NCBI GenBank assembly: GCA_009377475.1
Contig: WHTY01000015.1
Span: 1,479 to 65,478, forward strand
Length of the DNA: 64,000 bases
Direction: 5' to 3'
From: Actinophytocola sp.
GTDB lineage: Bacteria > Actinomycetota > Actinomycetes > Mycobacteriales > Pseudonocardiaceae
The notes below the pieces were generated by a model. It was not told the origin of the DNA. It saw only the letters and a program-made list of their open reading frames with translations, and did no database searches. Positions 1 to 9,232 of the stretch are shown here, piece by piece (position 1 is the stretch's first letter; the number at the start of each line of letters is the position of its first letter). A program made the position numbers and the translations under genes.

Positions 1-58
1 ACTGCAGATGCACCCAAAGCGTCATTCACCGTGTGCCGGGGCGTGCCGTTTCTTCGAT

Positions 59-143
59 GTTGATCAGGCCTACTCGCGTTGTGGTGCGAGTATGTCCGGT
101 TCGCGCGGTATGGCGAACCACACCACGAGCAGACGTGATACTC
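59..143. repeat. Degenerate copy of the 85-bp GTTGATCAAC-bounded palindromic element
   Basis: Starts with GTTGATCAgg. An imperfect internal stem (ctcgcgttgtggtg / caccacaccacgag) flanks a loop containing gtatgtccggttcg, which resembles the loop of the intact copy at 51580..51664. Confidence 0.3.
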
Positions 144-171
144 GGCCAGTCGCCGACATCGCTGCGCGCGG

Positions 172-256
172 TATCGGCTACGTACCGCGCGGTGTTGCGA
201 AACTATGTCCAGTACGTGTCGTTTGCCGAACAACACCGCGCGGGTGGTTGATCAAC
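172..256. repeat. Partly degenerate copy of the 85-bp palindromic element
   Basis: Has a 13-bp perfect stem (CCGCGCGGTGTTG / CAACACCGCGCGG) and an intact right terminus GTTGATCAAC at 247..256. The left terminus is decayed. Confidence 0.4.
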
Positions 257-306
257 TGCGGTGACAGACGCAGCGCCAGGTCCGGGTTGGACTTCCCTTC
301 CTCGCT

Positions 307-359
307 GCGCTGAACGACGCTTTCGCTGCGCCCAGTGCATCGAAAGCGTCGTTCAGCGC
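307..359 (-). terminator. Perfect 19-bp stem hairpin spanning the stop codon of the TetR gene
   Basis: GCGCTGAACGACGCTTTCG (307..325) pairs with CGAAAGCGTCGTTCAGCGC (341..359) around a 15-nt loop. The TetR stop codon (353..355) lies inside the right arm. There is no U-tract. Confidence 0.45.
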
Positions 360-988
360 GGCTCGTGCAGCTCCGTGAACCGGCGCTCCAGGCCGTCGAG
401 GAAGGACAGCAGCGCCAGCTCGAACGCCTCGTCGTCGATCTCGTCGGCGTGCGAGCGGAGCTTGTGCGCCTGGCCGAGGTGCGGGTAGCGGTCGACGTAG
501 ACCTGGACGTCGTCGTCGAAACCCCGCGCGAACGACGTCATCGCCGCGCCGACGACCAGGTACTTCGTGGACGCGCCGATCAGCGTGGCCTGCCGGGGCG
601 GCCAGCCTGCCGCGACGAGACCACCGTGCACGGCGTCAGCGCGAGCCAGCGACGTCTCCCGCCGCGCCGGACCGGCGGCGAGGAACGGCACCATGTTCGG
701 ATGCGCGCGCAGCGCCGCGCGGTAGGAGCGCGCCCACGTCGCGACGCCCTGGCGCCAGTCGCCGTCGCGGAACCCGGTGACGTCGACCTGCGACATGATC
801 TGGTTGCTGATTTCGTGCAGCAGGTCGTCCTTGTTCTTGACGTGGTTGTACAGCGAGGCGACCTGGACGCCGAGCGCGGTCGCGAGCCTGCGCATCGACA
901 GCCCGTCGAGACCATCGGAGTCGACGATGTCCAATGCGGCTGACGCCATGCGAGCCAGGCTCAGCAGCGGTGTCTTGGGCCGTCCCAT
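353..988 (-). CDS. TetR/AcrR-family transcriptional regulator
   Basis: 211-aa ORF with an N-terminal HTH (LSMRRLATALGVQVASLYNHVKNKDDLL). GGAGGA lies upstream of the ATG at 988. It is divergent from the acyl-CoA dehydrogenase operon. Confidence 0.9.
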   Translation of the reverse strand: MGRPKTPLLSLARMASAALDIVDSDGLDGLSMRRLATALGVQVASLYNHVKNKDDLLHEISNQIMSQVDVTGFRDGDWRQGVATWARSYRAALRAHPNMVPFLAAGPARRETSLARADAVHGGLVAAGWPPRQATLIGASTKYLVVGAAMTSFARGFDDDVQVYVDRYPHLGQAHKLRSHADEIDDEAFELALLSFLDGLERRFTELHEPR

Positions 989-1019
989 CCGTCCTCCGAA
1001 GGTCGGGTTACATCGTAGG

Positions 1020-1124
1020 CATCGTGTCCCGCGCTCCCGACGTCGTGTCCCTCACCCACGACGCCGTGTCCCTCGTTCAGAACGTCGTGTCCCTCACTCA
1101 CGCCGTCGCTTGTCCCGGGCAGCG
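1020..1124 (+). repeat. 21-bp tandem repeat array (5 units, core CGyCGTGTCC), locus A
   Basis: Units at 1020, 1041, 1062, 1083 and 1104, for example cgtcgtgtccctcacccacga / cgccgtgtccctcgttcagaa / cgtcgtgtccctcactcacgc. It lies between the TetR start (988) and the acyl-CoA dehydrogenase start (1171). Confidence 0.85.
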
Positions 1125-1170
1125 ACACCGTGCCACTATGATAGCGAACAGTGTTCGTTTGGAGGTAGCC

Positions 1171-2319
1171 GTGGATCTGTCCCTCACCGACGAGCAGCAT
1201 GCGGTTCAGCAGCTCGCGCGGGATTTCATCGACCGTGAGGTCGTGCCCAACGTCGCCGAGTGGGACCGCAGCGAGCAGGTCGACATCGGCATCGTCAAGC
1301 AGCTCGCCGAGCTGGGCTTCCTCGGCCTGACCGTGCCAGAGGAGTACGGCGGATCCGGCGGCGACCACCTCAGCTACTGCCTGGTCATGGAGGAGTTCGG
1401 CCGGGGCGACACTGCCATCCGCGGCATCGTGTCGGTGTCACTCGGCCTGGTGGCGAAGCAGATCGTCAAGTACGGCACCGAGGAGCAGAAACAGCACTGG
1501 GTGCCCAGGCTGTGCTCCGGCGAGTCGCTCGGCTGTTTCGGTCTCACCGAACCCGGCACCGGCTCCGACGCGGGCAACCTCACCACCCGCGCCGTCCAGG
1601 ACGGTGACGACTGGATCATCACCGGTCAGAAGATGTTCATCACCAACGGCACCTGGGCCGACGTCGCGCTGATCTTCGCCCGCACCGACGGCCCCGGCCC
1701 GAAGGGCGTCACGGCGTTCCTGGTGCCGACCGACGCCGAGGGCTTCAGCCGTTCGGAGATCAAGGGCAAGCTCGGACTGCGCGGGCAGGCCACCGCCGAA
1801 CTCACCCTCGACGCTGTGCGCGTGCCCGACTCCGCGCGGCTCGGCGAACGCGGCCAGGGTTTTTCCATCGCGATGTTCGCACTGGACAAGGGGCGGATGG
1901 CGGTAGCGGCGGGCTGTGTCGGCCTCGCCCGCGCCGCGCTGGAAGCCAGCGTCAACTACGCCAAGGAGCGCGAGCAGTTCGGCAAACCGATCGCCAGCTT
2001 CCAGCTCGTGCAGGAGATGCTGGCCGACATGGCGGTCGAGACCGACGCGTCCCGCCTGCTGGTGTGGCGGGTTGCCGACCTCATCGAGCGCGGCGAAAAA
2101 TTCAAGACCGAGGCATCGATGGCCAAGCTCTACGCCAGCGAGGCCGCCGTGAAGGCGTCCAACCTGGCGATCCAGGTGTTCGGCGGCTACGGCTACATCG
2201 ACGAGTACCCGGTCAGCAAGTTCCTGCGCGACGCCCGCGTGCTCACCCTCTACGAGGGCACGACCCAGATCCAGAAGCTGCTCATCGGCCGCTCGCTGAC
2301 CGGCATCAACGCCTTCTAA
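1171..2319 (+). CDS. Acyl-CoA dehydrogenase
   Basis: The track ORF 934..2319 is trimmed to the in-frame GTG at 1171, which is preceded by GGAGG (1161..1165). The product begins MDLSLTDEQ and carries the ACAD motifs GLTEPGTGSDAG and LYEGTTQIQ. Confidence 0.9.
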   Translation: MDLSLTDEQHAVQQLARDFIDREVVPNVAEWDRSEQVDIGIVKQLAELGFLGLTVPEEYGGSGGDHLSYCLVMEEFGRGDTAIRGIVSVSLGLVAKQIVKYGTEEQKQHWVPRLCSGESLGCFGLTEPGTGSDAGNLTTRAVQDGDDWIITGQKMFITNGTWADVALIFARTDGPGPKGVTAFLVPTDAEGFSRSEIKGKLGLRGQATAELTLDAVRVPDSARLGERGQGFSIAMFALDKGRMAVAAGCVGLARAALEASVNYAKEREQFGKPIASFQLVQEMLADMAVETDASRLLVWRVADLIERGEKFKTEASMAKLYASEAAVKASNLAIQVFGGYGYIDEYPVSKFLRDARVLTLYEGTTQIQKLLIGRSLTGINAF

Positions 2320-2328
2320 GGGACCACA

Positions 2329-3504
2329 ATGGACTTCTCACTGACCACAGAGGAACGCGAGATCCGCGACTGGGTGCGCACGTTCATCCGCCGCGAGGTC
2401 ATGCCGCTGGAGCAGGAGGTGCTGCGCCGGGAACGCGCAGGCCAACCGGGGCTCACCCCGGACGAGCGCACCGAACTCCAGCTCAAGGCCAAGGACGCTG
2501 GCTTCTGGGGCCTCCAGACGCCGGAGTCGTACGGCGGCATGGGCCTGTCCGCCGTGATGACGGCGCTGCTCATGGTGGAGACCGGCAAGACGTTCGTGCC
2601 GTTCATGTTCGGCGGCGACGCCGACAATATCCTCTACCACGCCAACGACGAACAGCAGCAGCGCTACCTCCTGCCGACCATCGCGGGCGAGCGCAAGTCG
2701 TGTTTCGCGATCACCGAACCCGGTGCGGGATCGGACGCCAAGGCGATCCGCAGCAGCGCCCGCAAGGACGGCACGGACTGGGTCATCAACGGCGAGAAGA
2801 CGTTCATCACCGGCGGCAACGAGGCCGACTTCGCGATGGTCTTCGCCGTCACCGACCCCGAGCGCGGCGCGAACGGCGGCGTCACGTGCTTCGTCGTTGA
2901 CCGCGACATGGGCTGGAAGTCGGAGCCGATCGACACCATGGGTGAGTGGGCGCCCGCCGCGCTGGTGTTCGACGACGTCCGCGTGCCGGAGTCGCAGATC
3001 CTCGGCGAGCTGGGCAAGGGCTTCGAGCTGGCGATGCAGTGGATCGGCAGGGGCCGCTACCTCATCCCGGCCCGCGCGCTCGGCTCGTGCGAACGGCTGC
3101 TTGAGATGAGCATCGACTACGCCAACACCCGCGAGACGTTCGGCAAGCCGATCGGGGACCGGCAGGCGATCCAGTGGATGATCGCGGACTCATCGGTGGA
3201 GATCGAGGCGCTGCGGTGGCTGGTGCTGCATGCGGCGTGGCTGGTCGACACCGAAGGCGGCGTTGCCTCCCGGCACGCGCAGTCGATCGCCAAGCTGTAC
3301 GGCGCGACCAAGGCGAACGAGATCGTCGACCGGGTGCTCCAGATTCACGGCGGCATGGGCTACACCCGTGAGCTGCCGATCGAGCGCTGGTACCGCGAGC
3401 TGCGCCTGGCCCGCATCTACGAGGGCACCGACGAGATCCAACGTCGCACCATCGCGAACAACCTGTTGCGCGGCAAGGTCAAGCCGACCGGATCGCTCGG
3501 CTGA
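2329..3504 (+). CDS. Acyl-CoA dehydrogenase (second paralogue)
   Basis: 391-aa ORF with AITEPGAGSDA and IYEGTDEIQ motifs. It starts 9 nt after the preceding ACAD gene. Confidence 0.9.
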   Translation: MDFSLTTEEREIRDWVRTFIRREVMPLEQEVLRRERAGQPGLTPDERTELQLKAKDAGFWGLQTPESYGGMGLSAVMTALLMVETGKTFVPFMFGGDADNILYHANDEQQQRYLLPTIAGERKSCFAITEPGAGSDAKAIRSSARKDGTDWVINGEKTFITGGNEADFAMVFAVTDPERGANGGVTCFVVDRDMGWKSEPIDTMGEWAPAALVFDDVRVPESQILGELGKGFELAMQWIGRGRYLIPARALGSCERLLEMSIDYANTRETFGKPIGDRQAIQWMIADSSVEIEALRWLVLHAAWLVDTEGGVASRHAQSIAKLYGATKANEIVDRVLQIHGGMGYTRELPIERWYRELRLARIYEGTDEIQRRTIANNLLRGKVKPTGSLG

Positions 3505-4427
3505 TGGCGGACGCACGATTCACGACGTCCGACGGCGTGACGCTGTCGGTGACCGAACGCGGCCGGGCGGACGCCGACGTCTGCGCGGTGCTGCTGCACG
3601 GCTGGACCGAGGACGCCTCCGTGTGGGACGACGTCGCCGCGCGGCTCGGCGACACGATGCGCGTGCTCGCGCTGGACCTGCGCGGCCACGGCGACTCCGA
3701 CCCCGCCCCGCGCGGATCGGCCACCCTCGACCGACTCGCGGACGACGTCGCTGAGCTGATCGCGGCCCTGGTGCCCGAGGGTCGGGTCGTGCTCGCGGGG
3801 CATTCCATGGGCGGCATGACGATGATGGCGCTGGCCGAGCGGCACCCGGACGTCGTCGAGCGGCGCGTGTCCGGCGCGGTGTTCGTGTCGACGTCGGCGG
3901 GGGAGATGCAGGACGTGATGTCGCGGATGCCCGCACCGATCGCCGCGGCCGACCGGTGGCGCAGGCGGCTCGCGCGCCGGAAGGCGGCGTCGCGCGGGAC
4001 GACCGCGCCGACGGCTGCTCGCCCGGAGTCCACCGTGCGGGGCGCGCTGCCGGTGCCGAGCAAGCGCCTCTCGCGCTACGTCCTGCGCGCGGTCGCCTTC
4101 GGCGCGCGCCCGGACGCCGCGCACGTGCGTGCGGCCGTCGAACAGTGCGCGCGGACGCATCGCAGCAGCGCGGCCGGGTTCAATCGCGCGATCATGACGC
4201 ACGACCGGGCGGCGGCGCTGTGCGCGTTCGCGGGCGTGCCGACCGCCGTGCTCGTCGGGGACCGCGACCGCCTCACCCCGCCGTCGCACGCCCACATCAT
4301 CGCCGACGAACTCCCGGACGCGGAGTTCGTCGTGTTCGCGGGCGCGGGCCACATGCTGCCGTACGAACGCCCGGACGGCGTTGCCACCGCGATCCGGACC
4401 GTCGCGGCCCTACCCGCGACGCCGTAG
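3504..4427 (+). CDS. Alpha/beta-fold hydrolase
   Basis: 307 aa with the nucleophile elbow GHSMGG and the HGW oxyanion region. Its ATG overlaps the upstream TGA by 1 nt (TGATG). Confidence 0.8.
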   Translation: MADARFTTSDGVTLSVTERGRADADVCAVLLHGWTEDASVWDDVAARLGDTMRVLALDLRGHGDSDPAPRGSATLDRLADDVAELIAALVPEGRVVLAGHSMGGMTMMALAERHPDVVERRVSGAVFVSTSAGEMQDVMSRMPAPIAAADRWRRRLARRKAASRGTTAPTAARPESTVRGALPVPSKRLSRYVLRAVAFGARPDAAHVRAAVEQCARTHRSSAAGFNRAIMTHDRAAALCAFAGVPTAVLVGDRDRLTPPSHAHIIADELPDAEFVVFAGAGHMLPYERPDGVATAIRTVAALPATP

Positions 4428-4512
4428 GCATCGAAGTCACCGCCACTCGCCGCGCCGGGCCCGCGTGGCTACCGTGTCGGACAACAACAGAGATCACTTG
4501 GGAAGGAAGCTC

Positions 4513-5487
4513 ATGCGCGCAGTGCGGATCACCTCGCTGGACGGGCCACGCTCCGTCGAGATCGCCGACGTCGACGCGCCGACGGCGGACGACGACAAGG
4601 TCCTGATCGACGTCCACGCCGCTGGTGTCACCTTCCCGGACGTGTTGCAGACCAAGGGCATGTACCAGGTCAAGCCGCCGGTGCCGTTCACGCCGGGATC
4701 CGAGGTCGCCGGAGTGGTGCGCGCCGCGCCCGAGGGCAGCGGCTTCAGCGCGGAGCAACGCGTCGCAGCATTCGTCGGGTTTGGTGGCTTCTGCGAGACC
4801 GTCGCGGTCGACCCGGCCATGGTCTTTCCGCTGCCTGACCGGATGACGTTCGAGCAGGGCGCCGCGGTTCCGATGAACGTGCTCACCGCGCACTTCTCAC
4901 TTCGGCGGCGCGCCAACGTGCAGGAGGGCGAGACCGTGCTGGTGCACGGCGCGGCTGGCGGGGTCGGCAGCGCGTCGATCCAGCTCGCGAAGGCGCTCGG
5001 CGCGCGGGTGATCGGCGTGGTGTCCACCGAGGCCAAGGCGGAACTCGCGCGGGCGGCAGGTGCGGACGACGTCGTGTTCGCCGACGGCTTCAAGGACGCC
5101 GTGAAGGAGCTGACCGGCGGACGTGGCGTGGACGTCATCGTCGACCCGGTCGGCGGGGACCGGTTCACCGACTCGCTGCGCAGCCTCGCGCGTGAGGGAC
5201 GGCTGCTGGTCATCGGCTTCACCGGCGGCGAAATCCCTACGGTCAAGGTCAACCGGCTGCTGCTGAACAACGTCTCGGTCGTCGGCGTGGCGTGGGGTGA
5301 ATTCTTCCTGCACCGGATGGGGTACCTGCACGAGCAGTGGAACGACCTGCTGCCGCTGCTGGAAGCGGGCAAGCTCGACCCGCACATCGGCGAGCGCTAC
5401 CCGCTGGACAAGGCCGCCGACGCGCTGGCGAGCATGGACGAGCGCGCTGCCGTCGGCAAGGTCGTGCTGGACGTCGTCAGCGAGTAA
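4513..5487 (+). CDS. NADPH:quinone oxidoreductase / zinc-type MDR family oxidoreductase
   Basis: The track ORF is trimmed to the ATG at 4513 (GGAAGG upstream). The product begins MRAVRITSLDGP and has the GAAGGVG nucleotide-binding motif. Confidence 0.85.
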   Translation: MRAVRITSLDGPRSVEIADVDAPTADDDKVLIDVHAAGVTFPDVLQTKGMYQVKPPVPFTPGSEVAGVVRAAPEGSGFSAEQRVAAFVGFGGFCETVAVDPAMVFPLPDRMTFEQGAAVPMNVLTAHFSLRRRANVQEGETVLVHGAAGGVGSASIQLAKALGARVIGVVSTEAKAELARAAGADDVVFADGFKDAVKELTGGRGVDVIVDPVGGDRFTDSLRSLAREGRLLVIGFTGGEIPTVKVNRLLLNNVSVVGVAWGEFFLHRMGYLHEQWNDLLPLLEAGKLDPHIGERYPLDKAADALASMDERAAVGKVVLDVVSE

Positions 5488-5505
5488 CCGCGCGCGGCCG
5501 CATGC

Positions 5506-6717
5506 CTACCGCCGCAGCGCCAGCGCCACCGTCAGCTCAAGCACCTGCCTCGGGTCGGACAGCGCCTCGCCGTAGTGCTCGCGGAGCTGGCTCATCCGGT
5601 AGCGCACGGTCTGCGGATGCACGAACAGGTCCTCGGCGACGGCGTCCCTGCGGCCCTGGTGGAGCAGCCACGACCGCAAAGTGTCGGTGAGGCGCGCTAC
5701 CGTGGCCGGCGGGAGCTCACGCAGCGGTGCGAGGGCGCGTTCCCGCAGGTCGTCGTAGGCGTCGCTGTCCGCGCTGAGAACCAGCTCGACGAGGCAGCGT
5801 TCGGTGTCGATCGGCTCGCCGGTGGCCGGTACGACCTCGACGGCACGCACCGTGCGGGCGAAGGATGCCCTGACGTCTCGCCACGGCCGGGCGGGGCCGA
5901 CGACCGCGTGCATGCCCCGGAGGAGTTGCAGCAGGTGCGCCCTGCTCGTGTCCTGGTCGGCCGGCACGAGCAGCACGCTCATGGACTCGGTCAGTGGCGC
6001 GCTTGGCAGGTGGTCGACAAGGAGCAGCGTCGCGGGGTCGAGAAGCTGCCGCACCGCGTGGGCGCGTGCTTCTGCCAGCAGGACGGCGATCAGCATGGTC
6101 GGTGGGGTCCAGCCTGCCCGCTCGACGTCGGCGAGCAGGACGTCGTCGGCTGCGCCGTCGAGCAGGCTCCTGCCGAGCCGTTCGAGCTGGCGTTGCCGTG
6201 CCCTGTCCTGCGTGGCGAGCGCGTCCGCGTGGCCCGCCGCGCTTGTCGCGGACAGTTCGTCGATGAAGTCGAACACCAGCTCGGCGAACTTGGCGATGGT
6301 GTCGGCGGCCAGTCCGGTCTCGACGGCGGCCGACGACCAGCCGCGCCAGGCCACCCGCGCGCCGACGCGGTACGCGGCGAGCAGGGCTTCCATGCTCCTG
6401 CCGTTGGCGGCCTCGCCCCTGCCGAGTTCGAAGGCCGTGTCTGCGCCCGCGCCGAGGTCGGCGACCTGCGATGCCGTGCCGCTCGCCAGTTCGAGGAAGT
6501 TGTCAAGGGCGGTCTGCACGGCCTGTCGGATGTTGGCGCCTCTGCGGCCGGTAAGCGCGCCCGCGTAGCTGGGCACTTCGACCATGATGGCCGCGACGAC
6601 CTCGTCCGCGACGGCGGGCAGTCGCTCGCGGAGCGCGGCGATGGTCGTGGCGTCAATGTCCAGCTCAGCGGCGCCCTGGATGGCGCGGTTTGCGATGGAC
6701 TCACGACGGTCTGTCAT
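5506..6717 (-). CDS. PucR/CdaR-family transcriptional regulator
   Basis: 403 aa. The C-terminal HTH LFVHPQTVRYRMSQLRE is typical of the PucR C-terminal domain. It is divergent from the desaturase operon. Confidence 0.8.
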   Translation of the reverse strand: MTDRRESIANRAIQGAAELDIDATTIAALRERLPAVADEVVAAIMVEVPSYAGALTGRRGANIRQAVQTALDNFLELASGTASQVADLGAGADTAFELGRGEAANGRSMEALLAAYRVGARVAWRGWSSAAVETGLAADTIAKFAELVFDFIDELSATSAAGHADALATQDRARQRQLERLGRSLLDGAADDVLLADVERAGWTPPTMLIAVLLAEARAHAVRQLLDPATLLLVDHLPSAPLTESMSVLLVPADQDTSRAHLLQLLRGMHAVVGPARPWRDVRASFARTVRAVEVVPATGEPIDTERCLVELVLSADSDAYDDLRERALAPLRELPPATVARLTDTLRSWLLHQGRRDAVAEDLFVHPQTVRYRMSQLREHYGEALSDPRQVLELTVALALRR

Positions 6718-6767
6718 GGCTTGTTCCTCGCGAACAATTTCATGTTACGGATTCACATCGACAGGTC

Positions 6768-7898
6768 ATGACTTTACGCGCAGCAATAGAACATGCTGGA
6801 GCCATGGCAGTAGTGGCAGCCCCATGGCGTGGTGCGTTCGCCTCGTTGCGCGCGCGTGCCGCGCGGATCGCGGAATACGTCACGACGCCGGTGGTGCCGT
6901 CGGACTACCTGGACATGATCAGTCCGCTGCGCGCGTCGGCCGACCTGCGCGGCCGGATCGAGGAGGTGCGTCCCGAGACGCCCGACGCGGCGACACTGGT
7001 CATTCGGCCAGGTGACGGCTGGCGCGGTCACGTTCCGGGCCAGTACATCCGCGTCGGTGTCGACGTCGACGGCGTCCGGCAGTGGCGGGCGTACTCGCTC
7101 ACCTCGCGGACCGACCGGCGTGATGGCCGGATCTCCGTCACGGTCAAGGCCATCCCGGATGGCGTGGTCAGTAACCACCTGGTCCGGCGGGTCCAGCCGG
7201 GCACCCTGATCCACCTCGACCAGGCCAAGGGCGACTTCACGCTGCCCGCGCCCCGGCCGCGCAAAGCGTTGTTCGTGACGGCTGGCAGCGGCATCACCCC
7301 GGTGATGGGCATGCTGCGCAACGCCGTCGACGAGCTGGCCGACGTCGTCGTGCTGCACTCCGCGCCGCAGGCGAGGGACGTCATCTTCGGTGGCGAGCTG
7401 CGGCGGTTCGCCGAGCGCGGCCAGCTCCGGCTCGTCGAACGGCACACCGACGTCGAAGGCATGCTCGATCTGGCCGAATTGGACGAGATCGTCGCGGACT
7501 GGACCGAGCGCGAGACCTGGGCGTGCGGGCCGACCGGCCTGCTCGACGCAGCCGAGAAGCAGTGGGCGGACGCCGGGGTGCCTGATCGACTGCACACCGA
7601 GCGGTTCCGGCCCACCGTCGTCGTCACTGGCGAGGGCGGCCAGGTGACCTTCAGCAAGACCGACACCACCGTCGACGCCGACGGCTCCACCCCGCTGCTC
7701 GACACCGGCGAGCGCGCGGGCGTGCTGATGCCGTCCGGCTGCCGGATGGGGATCTGCTTCGGCTGTGTCGCGCCGCTGCGCACCGGCGCGGTCCGCGACC
7801 TGCGCAACGGCCAGATCACCACGGCAGAACCCGGCGACGACGTCCGTATCCAGACCTGCGTGTCCGCCGCTGCGGGCACCTGCGACATCGACCTCTAG
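6768..7898 (+). CDS. FAD/NAD(P)-binding ferredoxin-reductase-type oxidoreductase with C-terminal 2Fe-2S domain (desaturase electron-transfer partner, Rv3230c-like)
   Basis: It has an RxYS flavin motif (WRAYSLTS), the NAD motif FVTAGSGITP, and the C-terminal Cys cluster CRMGICFGC...C. The start is uncertain (ATG at 6768 or 6804). Confidence 0.8.
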   Translation: MTLRAAIEHAGAMAVVAAPWRGAFASLRARAARIAEYVTTPVVPSDYLDMISPLRASADLRGRIEEVRPETPDAATLVIRPGDGWRGHVPGQYIRVGVDVDGVRQWRAYSLTSRTDRRDGRISVTVKAIPDGVVSNHLVRRVQPGTLIHLDQAKGDFTLPAPRPRKALFVTAGSGITPVMGMLRNAVDELADVVVLHSAPQARDVIFGGELRRFAERGQLRLVERHTDVEGMLDLAELDEIVADWTERETWACGPTGLLDAAEKQWADAGVPDRLHTERFRPTVVVTGEGGQVTFSKTDTTVDADGSTPLLDTGERAGVLMPSGCRMGICFGCVAPLRTGAVRDLRNGQITTAEPGDDVRIQTCVSAAAGTCDIDL

Positions 7899-7907
7899 GA
7901 GGCACCA

Positions 7908-9104
7908 ATGACCGCTGTGATCAGCGAGCGGCCCGACGTTCGTCCCGTGCCCGATCCCGACGACCCCACGGCGCACCTGACCGCCGAGGACATCGAGAAC
8001 ATCGGCAAGGAACTCGACGCGCTGCGCGAGGAAATCATCGCCAGCAGAGGCGAGCGTGACGCCGCCTACATCAGGCGGGTCATCGAGGCCCAGCGGAAGC
8101 TGGAACTCGGCAGCCGTGGCGTGCTGCTGTTCTCGTTGTTCCCACCGGCATGGCTGCTCGGCACAGCTGGGCTGTCGGTCGCCAAGATCCTCGAGAACAT
8201 GGAGATCGGGCACAACATCATGCACGGTCAGTGGGACTGGATGCGTGACCCGAAGATCCACTCGACGGCGTGGGAGTGGGACAACGTCTCGCCGTCGGCC
8301 CAGTGGAAGCACTCGCACAACCAGATCCACCACACCTACACGAACGTGATCGGCAAGGACAACGACCTCGGCTACGGCATCATGCGGGTCTCGCCGGATC
8401 AGAGGTGGTACCCGTTCTACCTCGGCCAGCCGTTGTGGAACTTCGTCAACGCGTGCTTCTTCGAGTTCGGCATCGCGGCCTACGACCTTGAGCTGGGCAA
8501 GAACCTGCAACGGGGCCGCCGCGACGACCCCGACTTCCGCAGGCGTGCTCAGCAGGTGCTGCGCAAGATCCGCCGCCAGGCGACGAAGGACTACGTGGTG
8601 CACCCGTTGCTGTCCGGACCGTCGGCGCTGCACACCCTCTCGGCCAACTTCACCGCGAACCTGGTCCGTAACCTCTGGACCCACTCGGTGATCATGTGCG
8701 GACACTTCCCTTACGGCGTGGACACCTTCGAGCGGTCCTCCATCAAGGGGGAGACGCGGGGTCAGTGGTACCTGCGGCAGATGCTCGGCTCGGCCAACAT
8801 CTCCGGTAGTCCGTTCATGCACCTGATGACCGGCAACCTTTCGCACCAGATCGAACACCACCTGTTCCCCGACCTGCCGAGCAACCGGTACGCGGAGATC
8901 GCGCCCAAGGTGCGCGACCTGTTCGAGCGCTACCAGCTCAACTACGTCACCGGACCGCTGCCGAAGCAGGTCGCGTCGGCGTGGCGGAAGATCTTCCTGC
9001 TGTCGCTGCCGAACGACGCTGCTGAGCGGGTGGAGCGCGCGATCGATGGCTTCGGTCCGGCGAAGCTGCTGCGGGGGCTGGCCCGCCGGGTCCGATTGGT
9101 CTAG
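7908..9104 (+). CDS. Membrane fatty-acid (acyl-CoA) desaturase, DesA3-like
   Basis: Three histidine boxes are present: HNIMHG, HSHNQIHHTYTN and HQIEHHLFP. TAGGAGG lies upstream of the ATG at 7908. Confidence 0.9.
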   Translation: MTAVISERPDVRPVPDPDDPTAHLTAEDIENIGKELDALREEIIASRGERDAAYIRRVIEAQRKLELGSRGVLLFSLFPPAWLLGTAGLSVAKILENMEIGHNIMHGQWDWMRDPKIHSTAWEWDNVSPSAQWKHSHNQIHHTYTNVIGKDNDLGYGIMRVSPDQRWYPFYLGQPLWNFVNACFFEFGIAAYDLELGKNLQRGRRDDPDFRRRAQQVLRKIRRQATKDYVVHPLLSGPSALHTLSANFTANLVRNLWTHSVIMCGHFPYGVDTFERSSIKGETRGQWYLRQMLGSANISGSPFMHLMTGNLSHQIEHHLFPDLPSNRYAEIAPKVRDLFERYQLNYVTGPLPKQVASAWRKIFLLSLPNDAAERVERAIDGFGPAKLLRGLARRVRLV

Positions 9105-9114
9105 GAAGCTACCG

Positions 9115-9159
9115 CCGAACGGCGCACACTGCGCGTTCGGTGCAGCCGGTCGCGTTTTT
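9115..9159 (+). terminator. Rho-independent-like terminator after the desaturase gene
   Basis: The stem CCGAACGGCGCA / TGCGCGTTCGG has a 3-nt loop. A gcgttttt run follows 15 nt downstream. Confidence 0.45.
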
Positions 9160-9232
9160 GGACGTTGCGACGGGGGTACGCCTGGAGCGCCGCCACCCGA
9201 CCGGGTGGCAGTTGAGCGGAATGGAGTGACCC

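Noticed and set aside
8-352. ORFs 8..313, 33..251 and 261..488 as genes.
   Set aside because: They lie across palindromic repeat elements and a hairpin. They have no RBS and no family resemblance, and their composition looks like non-coding translation.
934-1170. N-terminal extension of the first acyl-CoA dehydrogenase ORF, containing the heptad-like VSLTHDA/VSLVQNV repeats.
   Set aside because: The extension is the in-frame translation of the 21-bp DNA repeat. A GTG with a GGAGG RBS at 1171 gives a normal ACAD N-terminus. The extension would also overlap the divergent TetR start region.
1171-3504. The two adjacent ACAD genes as a heteromeric alpha2-beta2 (ChsE/FadE28-29-type) dehydrogenase.
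   Set aside because: Both paralogues retain the catalytic glutamate context (LYEGTTQIQ and IYEGTDEIQ). The characterised heteromeric pairs have one subunit lacking it, so the sequence does not support this idea.
6774-8861. 695-aa ORF on the minus strand. Similar very long ORFs occur at 14872..16815 (-), 24322..26301 (+), 51702..54014 (+), 48060..49538 (-), 30557..32131 (+), 36751..38001 (+), 34312..35712 (-) and 55913..57148 (-).
   Set aside because: All are antisense or out of frame to ORFs with clear family motifs (desaturase, FtsK-like ATPase, solute-binding protein, hydrolase, pcaB, NCS1 permease and others). Their translations are Arg/Pro/Gly/Asp-rich low-complexity strings, typical of shadow ORFs in high-GC DNA. 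They are not genes.
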